Assembly: GCF_008000775.2 (NCBI RefSeq)
Contig: NZ_CP042905.2
Span: 3,360,001 to 3,392,000 of the forward strand
Direction of reading: 5' to 3'
Origin: Promethearchaeum syntrophicum
GTDB taxonomy: Archaea > Asgardarchaeota > Lokiarchaeia > Sigyniarchaeales > Promethearchaeaceae
Length of the DNA: 32,000 bases
The position numbers and the translations under genes are program-made. Under the pieces are notes generated by a model. The model did no database searches and was not told where the DNA came from. It saw nothing but the letters and a program-made list of their open reading frames with translations. Every line of letters starts with the position of its first letter. Position 1 is the stretch's first letter. This document shows, piece after piece, positions 1 to 9,790 of this stretch.

Positions 1-614
1 AAAACACTTTTAACAGAATCACCTCCAATTCCAATCCCAACGATAATAGGTGGACAAGGTTTACCACCAGCATCTTTTATTTTTTTTAGAATCAAAGGAA
101 TTAAATCATCAAAACCGGTAGCAGGATTTAACATATAAAGTGCTGAAATATTTTCGCATCCTCCTCCCTTATTTAGAATTGAAAATATTAAATCGTCTCT
201 ATTAGGGATAAGTTCCAAATATATTGGCGGAGTGTTTAAACCTGAATTATATCCCGGGTTTTGAAATTTTATTGGATCCACTGTATTTGCGCGAAGTTTA
301 GATTCATTTGTTAATTGAGCTAAAATTTTAGTAATTGTACCTTTGAAATCAGAAATAATTGGGAAACTTTCTCCCAATTGTATAAAAATATTAACAGTTC
401 CTGTATCTTGGCATACGGGAATTTGATGCTTATTGCCATAAGATATGTTCTCAAGCATCAATTCTAACTGCGAGTGTGCAATATCATTATTCTTTTCCTT
501 TTCCAGCATTTTTTCTAGTTCGATAATTGTTCTTTTAGTAACTGTTTGAGCAGAATATGAAATAAGAGAATATAATGATTTTTCAATAATTTTTAATAAG
601 TTCGGCTTATCCAC
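1..614 (-). CDS. Fumarate hydratase class I, alpha subunit / N-terminal part (partial, continues beyond left edge; start approximate, GTG at 614)
   Basis: My translation of the minus strand gives ...YGNKHQIPVCQDTGTVNIFIQ..., ...LRANTVDPIKFQNPGYNSGLNTPPIYLELIP... and KGGGCENISALYMLNPATGFDDL...CPPIIVGIGIGGDSVKSV. These match the PxCQDTG, KGGGxENxS and CPPxxVGxGIGG motifs of class I fumarases. Confidence 0.93.
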   Translation of the reverse strand, partial: MDKPNLLKIIEKSLYSLISYSAQTVTKRTIIELEKMLEKEKNNDIAHSQLELMLENISYGNKHQIPVCQDTGTVNIFIQLGESFPIISDFKGTITKILAQLTNESKLRANTVDPIKFQNPGYNSGLNTPPIYLELIPNRDDLIFSILNKGGGCENISALYMLNPATGFDDLIPLILKKIKDAGGKPCPPIIVGIGIGGDSVKSV

Positions 615-849
615 ATGAATAGTATTTTTTCCATAACAATAAATATGTGGGTTTCCGAATATTTAGTATATAAACCTTTAAAAACATTTTTTTTTTCCAA
701 TAAAAATTGATTTTTCAATAGGTTTAAAAGATTATCTAAAAAATTTAATGAAATTGCATTTGTATATATTTTAATGGAAGAGTTCTTTGATTATACATAA
801 TAAATCTCCAAGTTATAATTAAAAAATTAATAAATATGGAAGAAAAAAA

Positions 850-2748
850 TTGAACATACAATTAAACGCTTTTTTAAACAGAATAGGAGATAATTTCATT
901 CAAGATTGGTATAATATCAGAGATATTCAAACCTGGATGATGGAAGAAATTTACAGAAAACGAGTTCAATTCCCTTATTTCAAGAAAAAGACTCTTTTCT
1001 CTTGGGTGTCGTTTAATAAAAATCCCAAAAGTAAAAAAAATCCTTCTAGATTTTATAACAAAAAACTAGATTCACTTTTTCGATATTTCTTTCTAAAAAT
1101 GTTTTCCGGATTGAATGAAAAACAGTTAATTCTAAAGGGTATTGAAGGACACGTTAGGAAAGAATCAGAACTTTTTTTTGAATATGAATATATGTTATCC
1201 CAAGATGAACTTAGCGAATTTAGAAATTTTAAACATAAATTTAATCACCCAGATCATCATTATCGAATTATATCATATATATTTAATCTAATCATCATGG
1301 TTTTTGGCAAATTAATTAAGGATTTAATCAAAAACGATGTTCAAATTCATATGCTTTGTGCGAAAATAAAGGAAAAAGAATCCACGGGAGAAAAATATTT
1401 ACATTTTCTAATAATAGTTGAAAAACCAGATAGAGAATTTCTAAATGCCTATTTACATTATTTAATTTTCAATTTTGCTGAGATTCTTCCAGGAATTGAC
1501 AGAAAACTTTTGAAAAGCTTGAATCGACAAAAAAATCATATTTATCCTATCGCTTTGAAAGAATATCCTAAAAGTTTAAAAAAAATTCCAACTGTTTTAT
1601 ATATTCTTCAACGAAAAGTACATATTTTGAAGCAAATAATACCTATTCTTGATATCTTAAACTTTGTTGGCTCTCGAGTAGAAGATACAAAATACCATAC
1701 AACTGAATTGGTTAATGACATAATACAGGAAAAAATCTGTGATGATAACGAAAATCAAAAAGATCTTTCCAAAATTTTTGATTTTCTTAATAGCACCGCT
1801 TCGCTTTTTTCAACTTTTCAATCAAATAATCGAGCAAATATTTCAAGACAATATCAATTATTCTTTTTTTATTGTCAACATTTTTCTTTACGTGGTTTAA
1901 AAACAATTCATGAGAATTCACATGTCTTCTTTCCGGATAAAATTGCAGAATCATTACTAAAACATAAAGAAACTTTGAATCAAAAAGGCATCAATTTTAA
2001 TACATTTTCTAATTTTCTCAGAAGAGGTTTTTCCCTTCCTACTGATGATGCTCTTGATATTGTTTTTAATAAAATTTTTGATAAATCTATTAATGAACTA
2101 AATGAAGCGTTCTTTGAAGTTTATCTATTTTCTTTAAATACTAAATTTGATTTATTAATTGAAGAAATCAGACAAAAAAATCCTAATTTTAATTACTCAT
2201 ATGAAGAAATCATCCATGATATATTTATAATCATCCATAATTTAATTTCAAAGATATTTATTGCCGATAAACCAGAGGATGTGCAACAATATTTTAATGA
2301 TCCTCTTTCAAGATATACACCAAAAAACATAGCACTAAGAGTTTTAGAATTGCGGATTTTTAGAGAAATTCCGCTTTCGGATAACAATTGGGTTGACTAC
2401 TTCACGAGTCGTAATAAAGAGCAGGTTAAAAAAACATTAAAACCTTATGCAGATATTCCTGATTCATATTTTTTTACCCCAGAACGGCTATTAAAAATCA
2501 ATATGATTTATGATCGAGGCAATCTTGAATCAACAAATTATTTGGAAGAGTGGATAATCGAAATTATCGCTAAATTTTATAAATTTCAAATTAATATTGA
2601 TGAAAATTTGCCCAATAATTACACAAATAATGAATTGTATGAAAGTTTCTTTAATGAATTTAGTAAAGGAATAATGGACACCCAAATAAGAGAAAAATTA
2701 GAAGAAATTACCGAATTTTTCGTAGAAATCTGGGAAAATAAAGAATAG
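850..2748 (+). CDS. Uncharacterised 632-aa protein (TTG start)
   Basis: Long uninterrupted ORF rich in Lys/Ile/Phe. No family motif recognised. An AT-rich promoter-like stretch lies about 25 nt upstream of the TTG. Confidence 0.8.
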   Translation: MNIQLNAFLNRIGDNFIQDWYNIRDIQTWMMEEIYRKRVQFPYFKKKTLFSWVSFNKNPKSKKNPSRFYNKKLDSLFRYFFLKMFSGLNEKQLILKGIEGHVRKESELFFEYEYMLSQDELSEFRNFKHKFNHPDHHYRIISYIFNLIIMVFGKLIKDLIKNDVQIHMLCAKIKEKESTGEKYLHFLIIVEKPDREFLNAYLHYLIFNFAEILPGIDRKLLKSLNRQKNHIYPIALKEYPKSLKKIPTVLYILQRKVHILKQIIPILDILNFVGSRVEDTKYHTTELVNDIIQEKICDDNENQKDLSKIFDFLNSTASLFSTFQSNNRANISRQYQLFFFYCQHFSLRGLKTIHENSHVFFPDKIAESLLKHKETLNQKGINFNTFSNFLRRGFSLPTDDALDIVFNKIFDKSINELNEAFFEVYLFSLNTKFDLLIEEIRQKNPNFNYSYEEIIHDIFIIIHNLISKIFIADKPEDVQQYFNDPLSRYTPKNIALRVLELRIFREIPLSDNNWVDYFTSRNKEQVKKTLKPYADIPDSYFFTPERLLKINMIYDRGNLESTNYLEEWIIEIIAKFYKFQINIDENLPNNYTNNELYESFFNEFSKGIMDTQIREKLEEITEFFVEIWENKE

Positions 2749-2755
2749 TTGGATA

Positions 2756-3358
2756 TTAAATTCCATATATTTTTAAAATCTCTTCAGGATTTTCCAATAC
2801 ATTGATAAATTTAACAAATTTTTCAGTTTTCGCGTTTTTTAATTCTGAAACATTTGAAAAAATTGATCCTGCAATTGCAACAATTGAAGGCTCAATCTGT
2901 GACTTTATTTCTTCAAGATTTTTAACACATAAGATTTTTTTTACCTTAATATCACGAAAACCTTCAAGAATTACAATCACTTTCTTATCAAAACTTGTTT
3001 GATCAGCTTTTAAAGAAGATTGAATTAAATCTATAATTGATTTTATCATTATAAGTGGGTCTATTTTTCGATTAAATAAAATAGCAGATTCATTAGGACT
3101 TTGAGACACCACTACATCAGCACCAGCTCGGGAATATTTCCATGTATTTTTACCAGGAGTATCAATTGAGAAATTTTCTTGATGAATGTGTTTAAAAGCA
3201 AGAATAATGTAATTTTGAGTATGTAAGAATGATATGAGTCTTTCAATTGAAGCAGTTTTTCCTGATTTCGAAAAACCGATAAATGATATTATCTGAAATT
3301 GATTATATGATTCTGAATAATTTCGAGCTTTATTTTTTTTTTCATTATCTCTCATCAT
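2756..3358 (-). CDS. mobB: MobB-like molybdopterin-guanine dinucleotide biosynthesis P-loop NTPase
   Basis: N-terminal IISFIGFSKSGKTASIERLI (Walker A), then ILAFKHIHQENFSIDTPGKNTWKYSRAGADVVV (MobB K-H...D..GKDT.....AGA pattern) and VIVILEGFRD. Confidence 0.88.
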   Translation of the reverse strand: MMRDNEKKNKARNYSESYNQFQIISFIGFSKSGKTASIERLISFLHTQNYIILAFKHIHQENFSIDTPGKNTWKYSRAGADVVVSQSPNESAILFNRKIDPLIMIKSIIDLIQSSLKADQTSFDKKVIVILEGFRDIKVKKILCVKNLEEIKSQIEPSIVAIAGSIFSNVSELKNAKTEKFVKFINVLENPEEILKIYGI

Positions 3359-3411
3359 TTAAGAAATATTATTTAAGAAATAAATTAAAACTTCTACATA
3401 AGTGAATTTTA

Positions 3412-5415
3412 TTGGCTACTCTCCAAAAAACATCAAATCCAATTTTTATTTTTGACGCTAATTTCTTCATTTCTCTCAAAGAAATTAAGGCCCCAAGACC
3501 CTATATCAATTTATCCTTAGCCCAAAAACTAATCAAAGTCCATTTTTATGTATCTGGCCAGATTTTTAATGAATGTCCTTTTATTGTTGGCACTGATTTT
3601 CAAGAATTTGAAAAGGGCGTAAAAATAGGATTGGTTCGAGACGATGAAATTAACACTGTAAAAAATGATCTCAGAAGAAAGGGAGTTAGGTTATTTGCGC
3701 AAGATCCTGATTTATCGTTAATTGCATTAAGTAAGAAATTAAAAAGTGGAGAATATAAAAAAAACGAAATTTACATTGTTACGGATGATTTCAAATTAAA
3801 TCAAAACGTTGATACGATAGGTTATCGTGTGAAGTGTTTATCTTTACCTGCTTTTTTACAATTTTTAGGGCAAAATTTAGTGGGAAAACAAAAGAAATTT
3901 TGGAAGGTAGCACGAAAAAAAGTATTGAAACTGAATTTGGATTATATGATGAGTAGATCAACAATTTATGCCCCGCAAGCAAAAATTGCATGGTTAATTG
4001 AAAATGCAGTAAATATTGCTGGAGAAGGGATTCAATTAAATGAAAATACTAGCGCAAATATAGAAAAAGAAAAAATAAAAGAAGTTTCTAAAGAAGAAAA
4101 GAAATTATTGAAGATTTGTGAAAATTTCATTCAGAAAAAGACAATCTCAAAGGAAAACCGAAAATTAATAGATCCCTATAAATTTGGATTGGAAGAAATA
4201 AAAGAAAGTAGAAAATTTTTGAAAAAAGCCAAATTTGAATTAACAAAAAATAATTTTCGGCAATCGCTTAAAAACATCAGGCTTGCTAATGAAATATTAA
4301 ATCGAATTTTCCAATTAATGGGTGCTAAGCTAGTTGAGAAGAATTATCAGTTCTTTGAAAAATTGATTGCATCGGAAATTAGTAAAACAATTTTTCTAAA
4401 AGCATATATTTTAATTTCATTAAATAAAGTTGTTTCGGCTCTAGATTCGTTGGATGAGACCGCTCTTTTTGCTACAATATCAAGATTGCCTAATACGGTT
4501 TTATCAATAAATTATCTCAAGGGTTTGCTATATATATTTAATTCATTTTATAATAAAGCAATAGGACAATTCGAATTTAATTATAAATTGGCAGAATCTC
4601 TCAAAGTTGAAAAAAACCTAGCAGAAATATTAAAATTAAAAGCAATAATTGGAGAATCCATTACAAGTTTCTTAATCGACCAACAAACGGAGGCATTAGA
4701 AAAAGTAGCATATATTTCAACCCAAATAAAACCATCATTCGAAAATTTGATGGTAGCGTTAATTGATTCTGGAGATTATTTTCTCGCAATGGGTTTTCCC
4801 GAAATTGCATCTAACCTGTATTCAGAGGGATTAGAATGTGCAATTGATGCAAAAATCAAATGGAAATATAATTTTCTACTAAGTAAAATGAAAAAAGCGT
4901 ATATGTCTAGTGCATTATTGGGGGCTGATGCACGCCCCACTAATGAAATTTCTTTATTAATTGATAAATTTCATGATTTGAAGGACACCGAAACATTCAA
5001 CGAAATCATGATAGAACTAGCCAGTTTTACAAATAAATTCTACGAACCTTTCAAATTCTTTACTAAAGATAAGAGAAAACTCGTAGAATATTACGATTTA
5101 CATGAAGAATTCAAGGAAACATGGCATTGTGTCAAAATCGAGGAAGATCCAGTTACGAATAGAACAAATTTAATTGGTTTTAGAGAAGAAATTGGTTTGA
5201 TTGCTTTTGATGTACAATTAGATTCCAATCTTGAAGGTGTTCCGGAGAATTATTCTATAAAACTTAAACAAACAGCAAAAATTAGAATTGATCCACCTGA
5301 ATCCATAAGAGAAACTTTGTTTCTTATCCGAGCAGTTGTAAAAATAGGTAATCAAGACCGTGATATCGAGATAAAACGTAATATTCCAATATTCTTCAGC
5401 CAAATGAAAATCTAA
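3412..5415 (+). CDS. PIN-domain protein with long alpha-helical (TPR-like) C-terminal region
   Basis: N-terminal PIN-type acidic motifs: IFIFDANFFISL, FNECPFI, DPDLSLIALSKKL, IYIVTDDFKL. The remaining ~500 aa are mostly helical repeat-like segments. TTG start. Confidence 0.72.
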   Translation: MATLQKTSNPIFIFDANFFISLKEIKAPRPYINLSLAQKLIKVHFYVSGQIFNECPFIVGTDFQEFEKGVKIGLVRDDEINTVKNDLRRKGVRLFAQDPDLSLIALSKKLKSGEYKKNEIYIVTDDFKLNQNVDTIGYRVKCLSLPAFLQFLGQNLVGKQKKFWKVARKKVLKLNLDYMMSRSTIYAPQAKIAWLIENAVNIAGEGIQLNENTSANIEKEKIKEVSKEEKKLLKICENFIQKKTISKENRKLIDPYKFGLEEIKESRKFLKKAKFELTKNNFRQSLKNIRLANEILNRIFQLMGAKLVEKNYQFFEKLIASEISKTIFLKAYILISLNKVVSALDSLDETALFATISRLPNTVLSINYLKGLLYIFNSFYNKAIGQFEFNYKLAESLKVEKNLAEILKLKAIIGESITSFLIDQQTEALEKVAYISTQIKPSFENLMVALIDSGDYFLAMGFPEIASNLYSEGLECAIDAKIKWKYNFLLSKMKKAYMSSALLGADARPTNEISLLIDKFHDLKDTETFNEIMIELASFTNKFYEPFKFFTKDKRKLVEYYDLHEEFKETWHCVKIEEDPVTNRTNLIGFREEIGLIAFDVQLDSNLEGVPENYSIKLKQTAKIRIDPPESIRETLFLIRAVVKIGNQDRDIEIKRNIPIFFSQMKI

Positions 5416-5564
5416 AAATTTCACTTTTTTCTATTATAAGTTTCAAAGATCTCCACATAAACGTTATTGAAAGAGACTGATTGAATAGATTATCTTTTAA
5501 AAAGAAAATAGAAATAAAAAAAATTTGCTTTTATAATCTCTCTAGAGATAGGATGCTTTTTCAC

Positions 5565-6839
5565 TTATTTAATTAACTTTTTGTACAATAAAAATATTCC
5601 ACCAATTAATAAACCCAAGAAAATTATTCCACCAATTACTATTAAAACTATTTGATACGTAGGCAAACCGATTGAAAAACCTGGTCCACCTTCATAAACA
5701 TCTGGATCGAAATCAAAAATTGAAGACGAAGCACCAGTGGAAATTATTTCCAATTCTTGATCATTATCAATATCTTCAAGTAATAAGGATCCAGTACCCA
5801 CTCCATCATCATATTCACCTATTATAGTAGGACTCCAATTTCCATCGTATTCTTCTTCAAGTAAATAAATTTTTGATTCAGAAGAACCTTTGGATGTTTT
5901 AATTACAATATAGTTCGTATCTGAATTGAAGATTTTTCCAACGTTAATTTGTCGTATATAAATATTAGAAGATGAAGGGTAATCCTCTTTGTTCGTTTCC
6001 CATATTGGAGAATTCTCCCAAACTCCATATAGATTTTGAGATAAAAAAATAGATCCATTTGCACTAAAAATAATTTCTTCATAATCATCACCATCCAAAT
6101 CATAGCAACAAAAATCGCAATAAAGTGATTCTTCATCTATTATTCCTAAGCTTTCTCTATTCCAATCTGTACCATTAAAGGAATATATAAAAATGCTATC
6201 TTCATTATACTCAAAAGTGATAACCTCCGAATTGCCATCATGGTCAATATCGCTGCACTTTAATGGATTCGCATCGATTCCCCAAGGAGCAAATTCTGAA
6301 TTCCACTCGGTGCCATTAAACCTATACATTGTATTATCTCCGATAATCTCTAATATTCCATCATTATCAATATCCCCGGTATCCAGTTCCCAATTATTAT
6401 TTGAATCGAGATATACTTTTTCCCAAGATCCAGATACATAATCAAAAATCCTTGTTCCAGTATCATCATGGGTAAAAACAAATTCGTCAATTCCATCCAA
6501 ATCAAAATCTGCACAAACTACACTCCGTGCCCAAATTTCCCCTTCTTCAATAGTTACAACTTCATCACTATTAGGATTGTATACTTTTAAATCTCCTCCA
6601 GAAGCACATACAATTTCACCATTTCCATCCCCATCTATATCACCATAGGAAGCATCCATAGAACTTCCAATCCCAAACATTAAAGATTCAACCCAATGAT
6701 TGTCTAACGGAGTTGTTTCTGTTTCTGCTGTAGATTTTGCTATTAATGGGTATTGTATCATAATTATAAAAATCAAAAAAAACACCCAGATCGAAAATAT
6801 TTTTTTTATTATTATTTCTGGTTTTTTAGATTGTCTCAT
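5565..6839 (-). CDS. Membrane-anchored extracellular protein with FG-GAP/VCBS (integrin-alpha-like) repeats
   Basis: N-terminal hydrophobic signal segment (IFSIWVFFLIFIIMIQYPLIAKS), repeated DxDGDGxxE-type motifs (DIDGDGNGEIV, DFDLDGIDEFV, DIDNDGILEII, DIDHDGNSEVI, DLDGDDYEEII, DIDNDQELEII) and a C-terminal TM helix followed by KKLIK. Confidence 0.88.
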   Translation of the reverse strand: MRQSKKPEIIIKKIFSIWVFFLIFIIMIQYPLIAKSTAETETTPLDNHWVESLMFGIGSSMDASYGDIDGDGNGEIVCASGGDLKVYNPNSDEVVTIEEGEIWARSVVCADFDLDGIDEFVFTHDDTGTRIFDYVSGSWEKVYLDSNNNWELDTGDIDNDGILEIIGDNTMYRFNGTEWNSEFAPWGIDANPLKCSDIDHDGNSEVITFEYNEDSIFIYSFNGTDWNRESLGIIDEESLYCDFCCYDLDGDDYEEIIFSANGSIFLSQNLYGVWENSPIWETNKEDYPSSSNIYIRQINVGKIFNSDTNYIVIKTSKGSSESKIYLLEEEYDGNWSPTIIGEYDDGVGTGSLLLEDIDNDQELEIISTGASSSIFDFDPDVYEGGPGFSIGLPTYQIVLIVIGGIIFLGLLIGGIFLLYKKLIK

Positions 6840-7226
6840 TTATATCCTCTAATATTTGTTTGTTTATTAGTATTAAATTCTCCTTGATCTATATAAAAGT
6901 TCATTTTTCCTTATCTGGAAATGAATTATAATAATTTTAAGCAATAAAACAAATCTGTTATAAATGATTTTTAGTAAAAGGGAATAATTTATATTTTCTT
7001 TCTTCTATTAAAACGTAGAAGGAAAATGTAGAAAACGAAATCTTAAGATTTCAGAATGTTAGAGATGTATATCTTGAGTCTGCTTATCTATATATCAAAA
7101 TGAGATGTAAAAGCAATAAAAAATTTAGTTGATTTAATCTAATGAATCTATTTGTTATTTAAATTATTTGAGATATCTTATTAAATATTCTCTATCTTAA
7201 GATATAAGAGGAGATTCGATTAATTC

Positions 7227-8492
7227 ATGACACCTAAATTTAAAAATCTCAAAAATGAATTTCCACGTTCTTTTAAGGTTCTCACTCTAGCAAACTTTAT
7301 TGATAGAATGGGAACTTTCTTATTATTTCCATTTTTCTCAATCTACTTGGTAGAAAGATTTGAAGCGGAATTTATTGAAGTGGGATATTTATTTACATTA
7401 ATGTCCTTGGGAGGTTTATTTGGAAATATGATTGGTGGAGCGATTACTGATAAAATCGGTAGAAAAAAGATCATAATTTTTGGATTAACTATTAGCGGAA
7501 TCGGTAGTATTTTTATGGGTTTAGTTACAAGTCTTGATTTATTTTATATATTATCTGTCATCCTTGGATTTTTAGGAGATGTTGGAGGACCAGCACGTCA
7601 AGCCATGGTTCCTGATTTACTCCCTAAGGAACAACATTCTCAGGGTTATGCAATTTTAAGAATAGCTGTCAATATTTCTGCCACTGTTGGTCCGATTTTG
7701 GGAGGTTTTATCGCAGAAAATTCTTACATGGCTCTATTCATTTTAGATGCAATCTCGAGTCTTATTACTGCGGTAATTGTTTTATTTTGGATTCCGGAAA
7801 CTAAGCCTGAATTGAGTCCAGAGATTGAAAAACTATCATTTTTAGAAACGCTAAAAGGCTATAAGGATGTTTTAAGGGATTTGACATTTATGTTGTTTAT
7901 CGGCATTTCCACAATTTTAATTTTAGTATATATGCAGATGTATGGAACATTGTCTGTCTTTTTGATAGCGGAAAGAGATTTTTCTAAAATGATGATAGGT
8001 TGGCTAATGAGTATTAATGCAGCAATAGTTGTGATTTTTCAGTTTTGGTTGACAAAATTAATTTCAAGAATATCGCTTTTAAGAGTAATGGCTTTAGGTG
8101 CTTTGTTTTATGGAGTAGGGTTTGGAATGTTCGGGTTTGTAACTAAACTTTGGCTTATATTCTTGGCAATGATTATCGTAACCATTGGAGAAATGATTGC
8201 TCTTCCTACTAGTCAAAGTGTTGCAGCTAAATTTGCCCCTGATGATAAAAGAGGACGTTATATGGCAATTTTTGGTTTTTCTTGGGCAATTCCAAATTTA
8301 TATGGGTTTATTTTAGCGGGTGCGATAATGGATAAATACAATCCTAATTGGGTTTGGTATGGAGCAGCAATATTATCTTCAATAACAATTGTAGGTTACT
8401 TATTATTACACCAAAAGAATAAACAACGATTTTCAGATAATAGAAACCTAGAGATTAACGAAGAGAATGTTTCTCCTCAGAAAAATTTATAA
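7227..8492 (+). CDS. Major facilitator superfamily transporter
   Basis: About 12 hydrophobic segments. MFS loop motif GGAITDKIGRKKIIIFG, plus GDVGGPARQAMVPDLLPKEQ. GGAG-like SD upstream. Confidence 0.93.
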   Translation: MTPKFKNLKNEFPRSFKVLTLANFIDRMGTFLLFPFFSIYLVERFEAEFIEVGYLFTLMSLGGLFGNMIGGAITDKIGRKKIIIFGLTISGIGSIFMGLVTSLDLFYILSVILGFLGDVGGPARQAMVPDLLPKEQHSQGYAILRIAVNISATVGPILGGFIAENSYMALFILDAISSLITAVIVLFWIPETKPELSPEIEKLSFLETLKGYKDVLRDLTFMLFIGISTILILVYMQMYGTLSVFLIAERDFSKMMIGWLMSINAAIVVIFQFWLTKLISRISLLRVMALGALFYGVGFGMFGFVTKLWLIFLAMIIVTIGEMIALPTSQSVAAKFAPDDKRGRYMAIFGFSWAIPNLYGFILAGAIMDKYNPNWVWYGAAILSSITIVGYLLLHQKNKQRFSDNRNLEINEENVSPQKNL

Positions 8493-8542
8493 AAAATATT
8501 GAATATTGAAAAAAATCTAAAAAAATAAAATTTTTCTCAACA

Positions 8543-8830
8543 CTATCTAATTTTATCGCGTTTATGTCTATCGTCAGATGACCTTATGTGGACCTTATGA
8601 GTGTGAATTGCACAACTGATGCAATACCAAGAGGATTCTTGTCTTCTGGGTACTATCGCCCCACTATCACGTAATTCTTTACCAATTGTCCCATCAACTA
8701 ATGAAACAAATTTAGTAACTCGTTTTGCTTTACCTCGTGGAACAAGTCTTCCACATTTGGCACAATGAACAGACCCATCACGCCCGCCTTTAGAACCAGT
8801 GCGTCCACCAGACCTGCGTTTTTTGGGCAT
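8543..8830 (-). CDS. rps26e: Ribosomal protein eS26 (S26e)
   Basis: MPKKRRSGGR... CAKCGRLVP.....WYCISCAIHTHKVHIRS matches the eS26 zinc-binding C-x2-C...C-x2-C and YC(V/I)SCAIH signature. Confidence 0.96.
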   Translation of the reverse strand: MPKKRRSGGRTGSKGGRDGSVHCAKCGRLVPRGKAKRVTKFVSLVDGTIGKELRDSGAIVPRRQESSWYCISCAIHTHKVHIRSSDDRHKRDKIR

Positions 8831-8911
8831 TTAAAATTTCACCATATAAATCATTTTTTACAAGTAATATTCGAATAAAAACAATCATTACAAAAAAAAT
8901 TTATGATTAGA

Positions 8912-9745
8912 TTAATTTTCTGGGTCTTCAGCTTCTTCGGATAGTGTGTTTTTTTCAGTATTTTGAATTTTCTCTTCTTCTTTGGCTAAAATTTTTGCAA
9001 CTTTTTCTGGCATTTTATTATTTAACCATTTATATGTCCATCGAATTCGAGCTCCTAATGTTTGCATGCAAAGTAAAGTATAAATTATAAAAAACACAGG
9101 GAAAAACCATTTTGAATATAATCCGGTAGAATATTGGGCGTTTATTGCGAAAATAGCCCATTCAATTACATAACCTATGACTAAGATGAAATACCGATCC
9201 CCTCTTTCCATTAAACCAATCCCAGCCATTACTACACCTTCTAATTCTGCACGAGATCGTGTATAGGAAATAAGGACCATAGTAATTAGGGAAATAAATC
9301 CTATCATATAATTCCAATTTTCATCCCAAATGAAGATTAATTGACCATACATCAGACCCAATATAATAATTGCGTCTGATAATCGATCAAGTGTGCTATC
9401 TAAGAAGGCACCAAATTTAGTGCTTTTTCCGGTTTTTCTGGCTACAGCTCCGTCAATTACATCAATATATCCACCCAGAAAGAATAGAAAGATCGGTGTA
9501 CCTGCCCACCACCAATAAAACGAAGGTGTAATCTCGGAATAATTATAGAGAAATATATTTGGAAATGCAAACCCAATTGCAGCAATGGTTGAGACGAAAA
9601 ATCCAATTATACTTATTGCGTTGGGTGTAATTTTGTGTTTAATACAAAATTTAACCGGTCCATTCGTAAATTTCGGAAGAAGATGTCTAAAATTATTTAA
9701 AACCATTTGTAACGCCTTAAGTGATTGGTAAGTAAAAGAAACCAA
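8912..9745 (-). CDS. CDP-alcohol phosphatidyltransferase family membrane enzyme (archaeal phospholipid synthesis)
   Basis: Signature DGAVARKTGKSTKFGAFLDSTLDR (DGxxAR...GxxxDxxxD) and several TM helices. Confidence 0.92.
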   Translation of the reverse strand: MVSFTYQSLKALQMVLNNFRHLLPKFTNGPVKFCIKHKITPNAISIIGFFVSTIAAIGFAFPNIFLYNYSEITPSFYWWWAGTPIFLFFLGGYIDVIDGAVARKTGKSTKFGAFLDSTLDRLSDAIIILGLMYGQLIFIWDENWNYMIGFISLITMVLISYTRSRAELEGVVMAGIGLMERGDRYFILVIGYVIEWAIFAINAQYSTGLYSKWFFPVFFIIYTLLCMQTLGARIRWTYKWLNNKMPEKVAKILAKEEEKIQNTEKNTLSEEAEDPEN

Positions 9746-9790
9746 ATTTATTAAATTTCATGAATCGAAGAAAAATAAAGGAAAAAGAAG

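Noticed and set aside
3791-3991. 66-aa minus ORF within the PIN-domain gene
   Set aside because: Antisense to the well-supported long ORF; several similar short antisense ORFs (2193, 2802, 5218, 5903, 6193, 10817, 13942, 18004, 21564, 23170, 24294, 29861, 30264, 30313) were rejected for the same reason.
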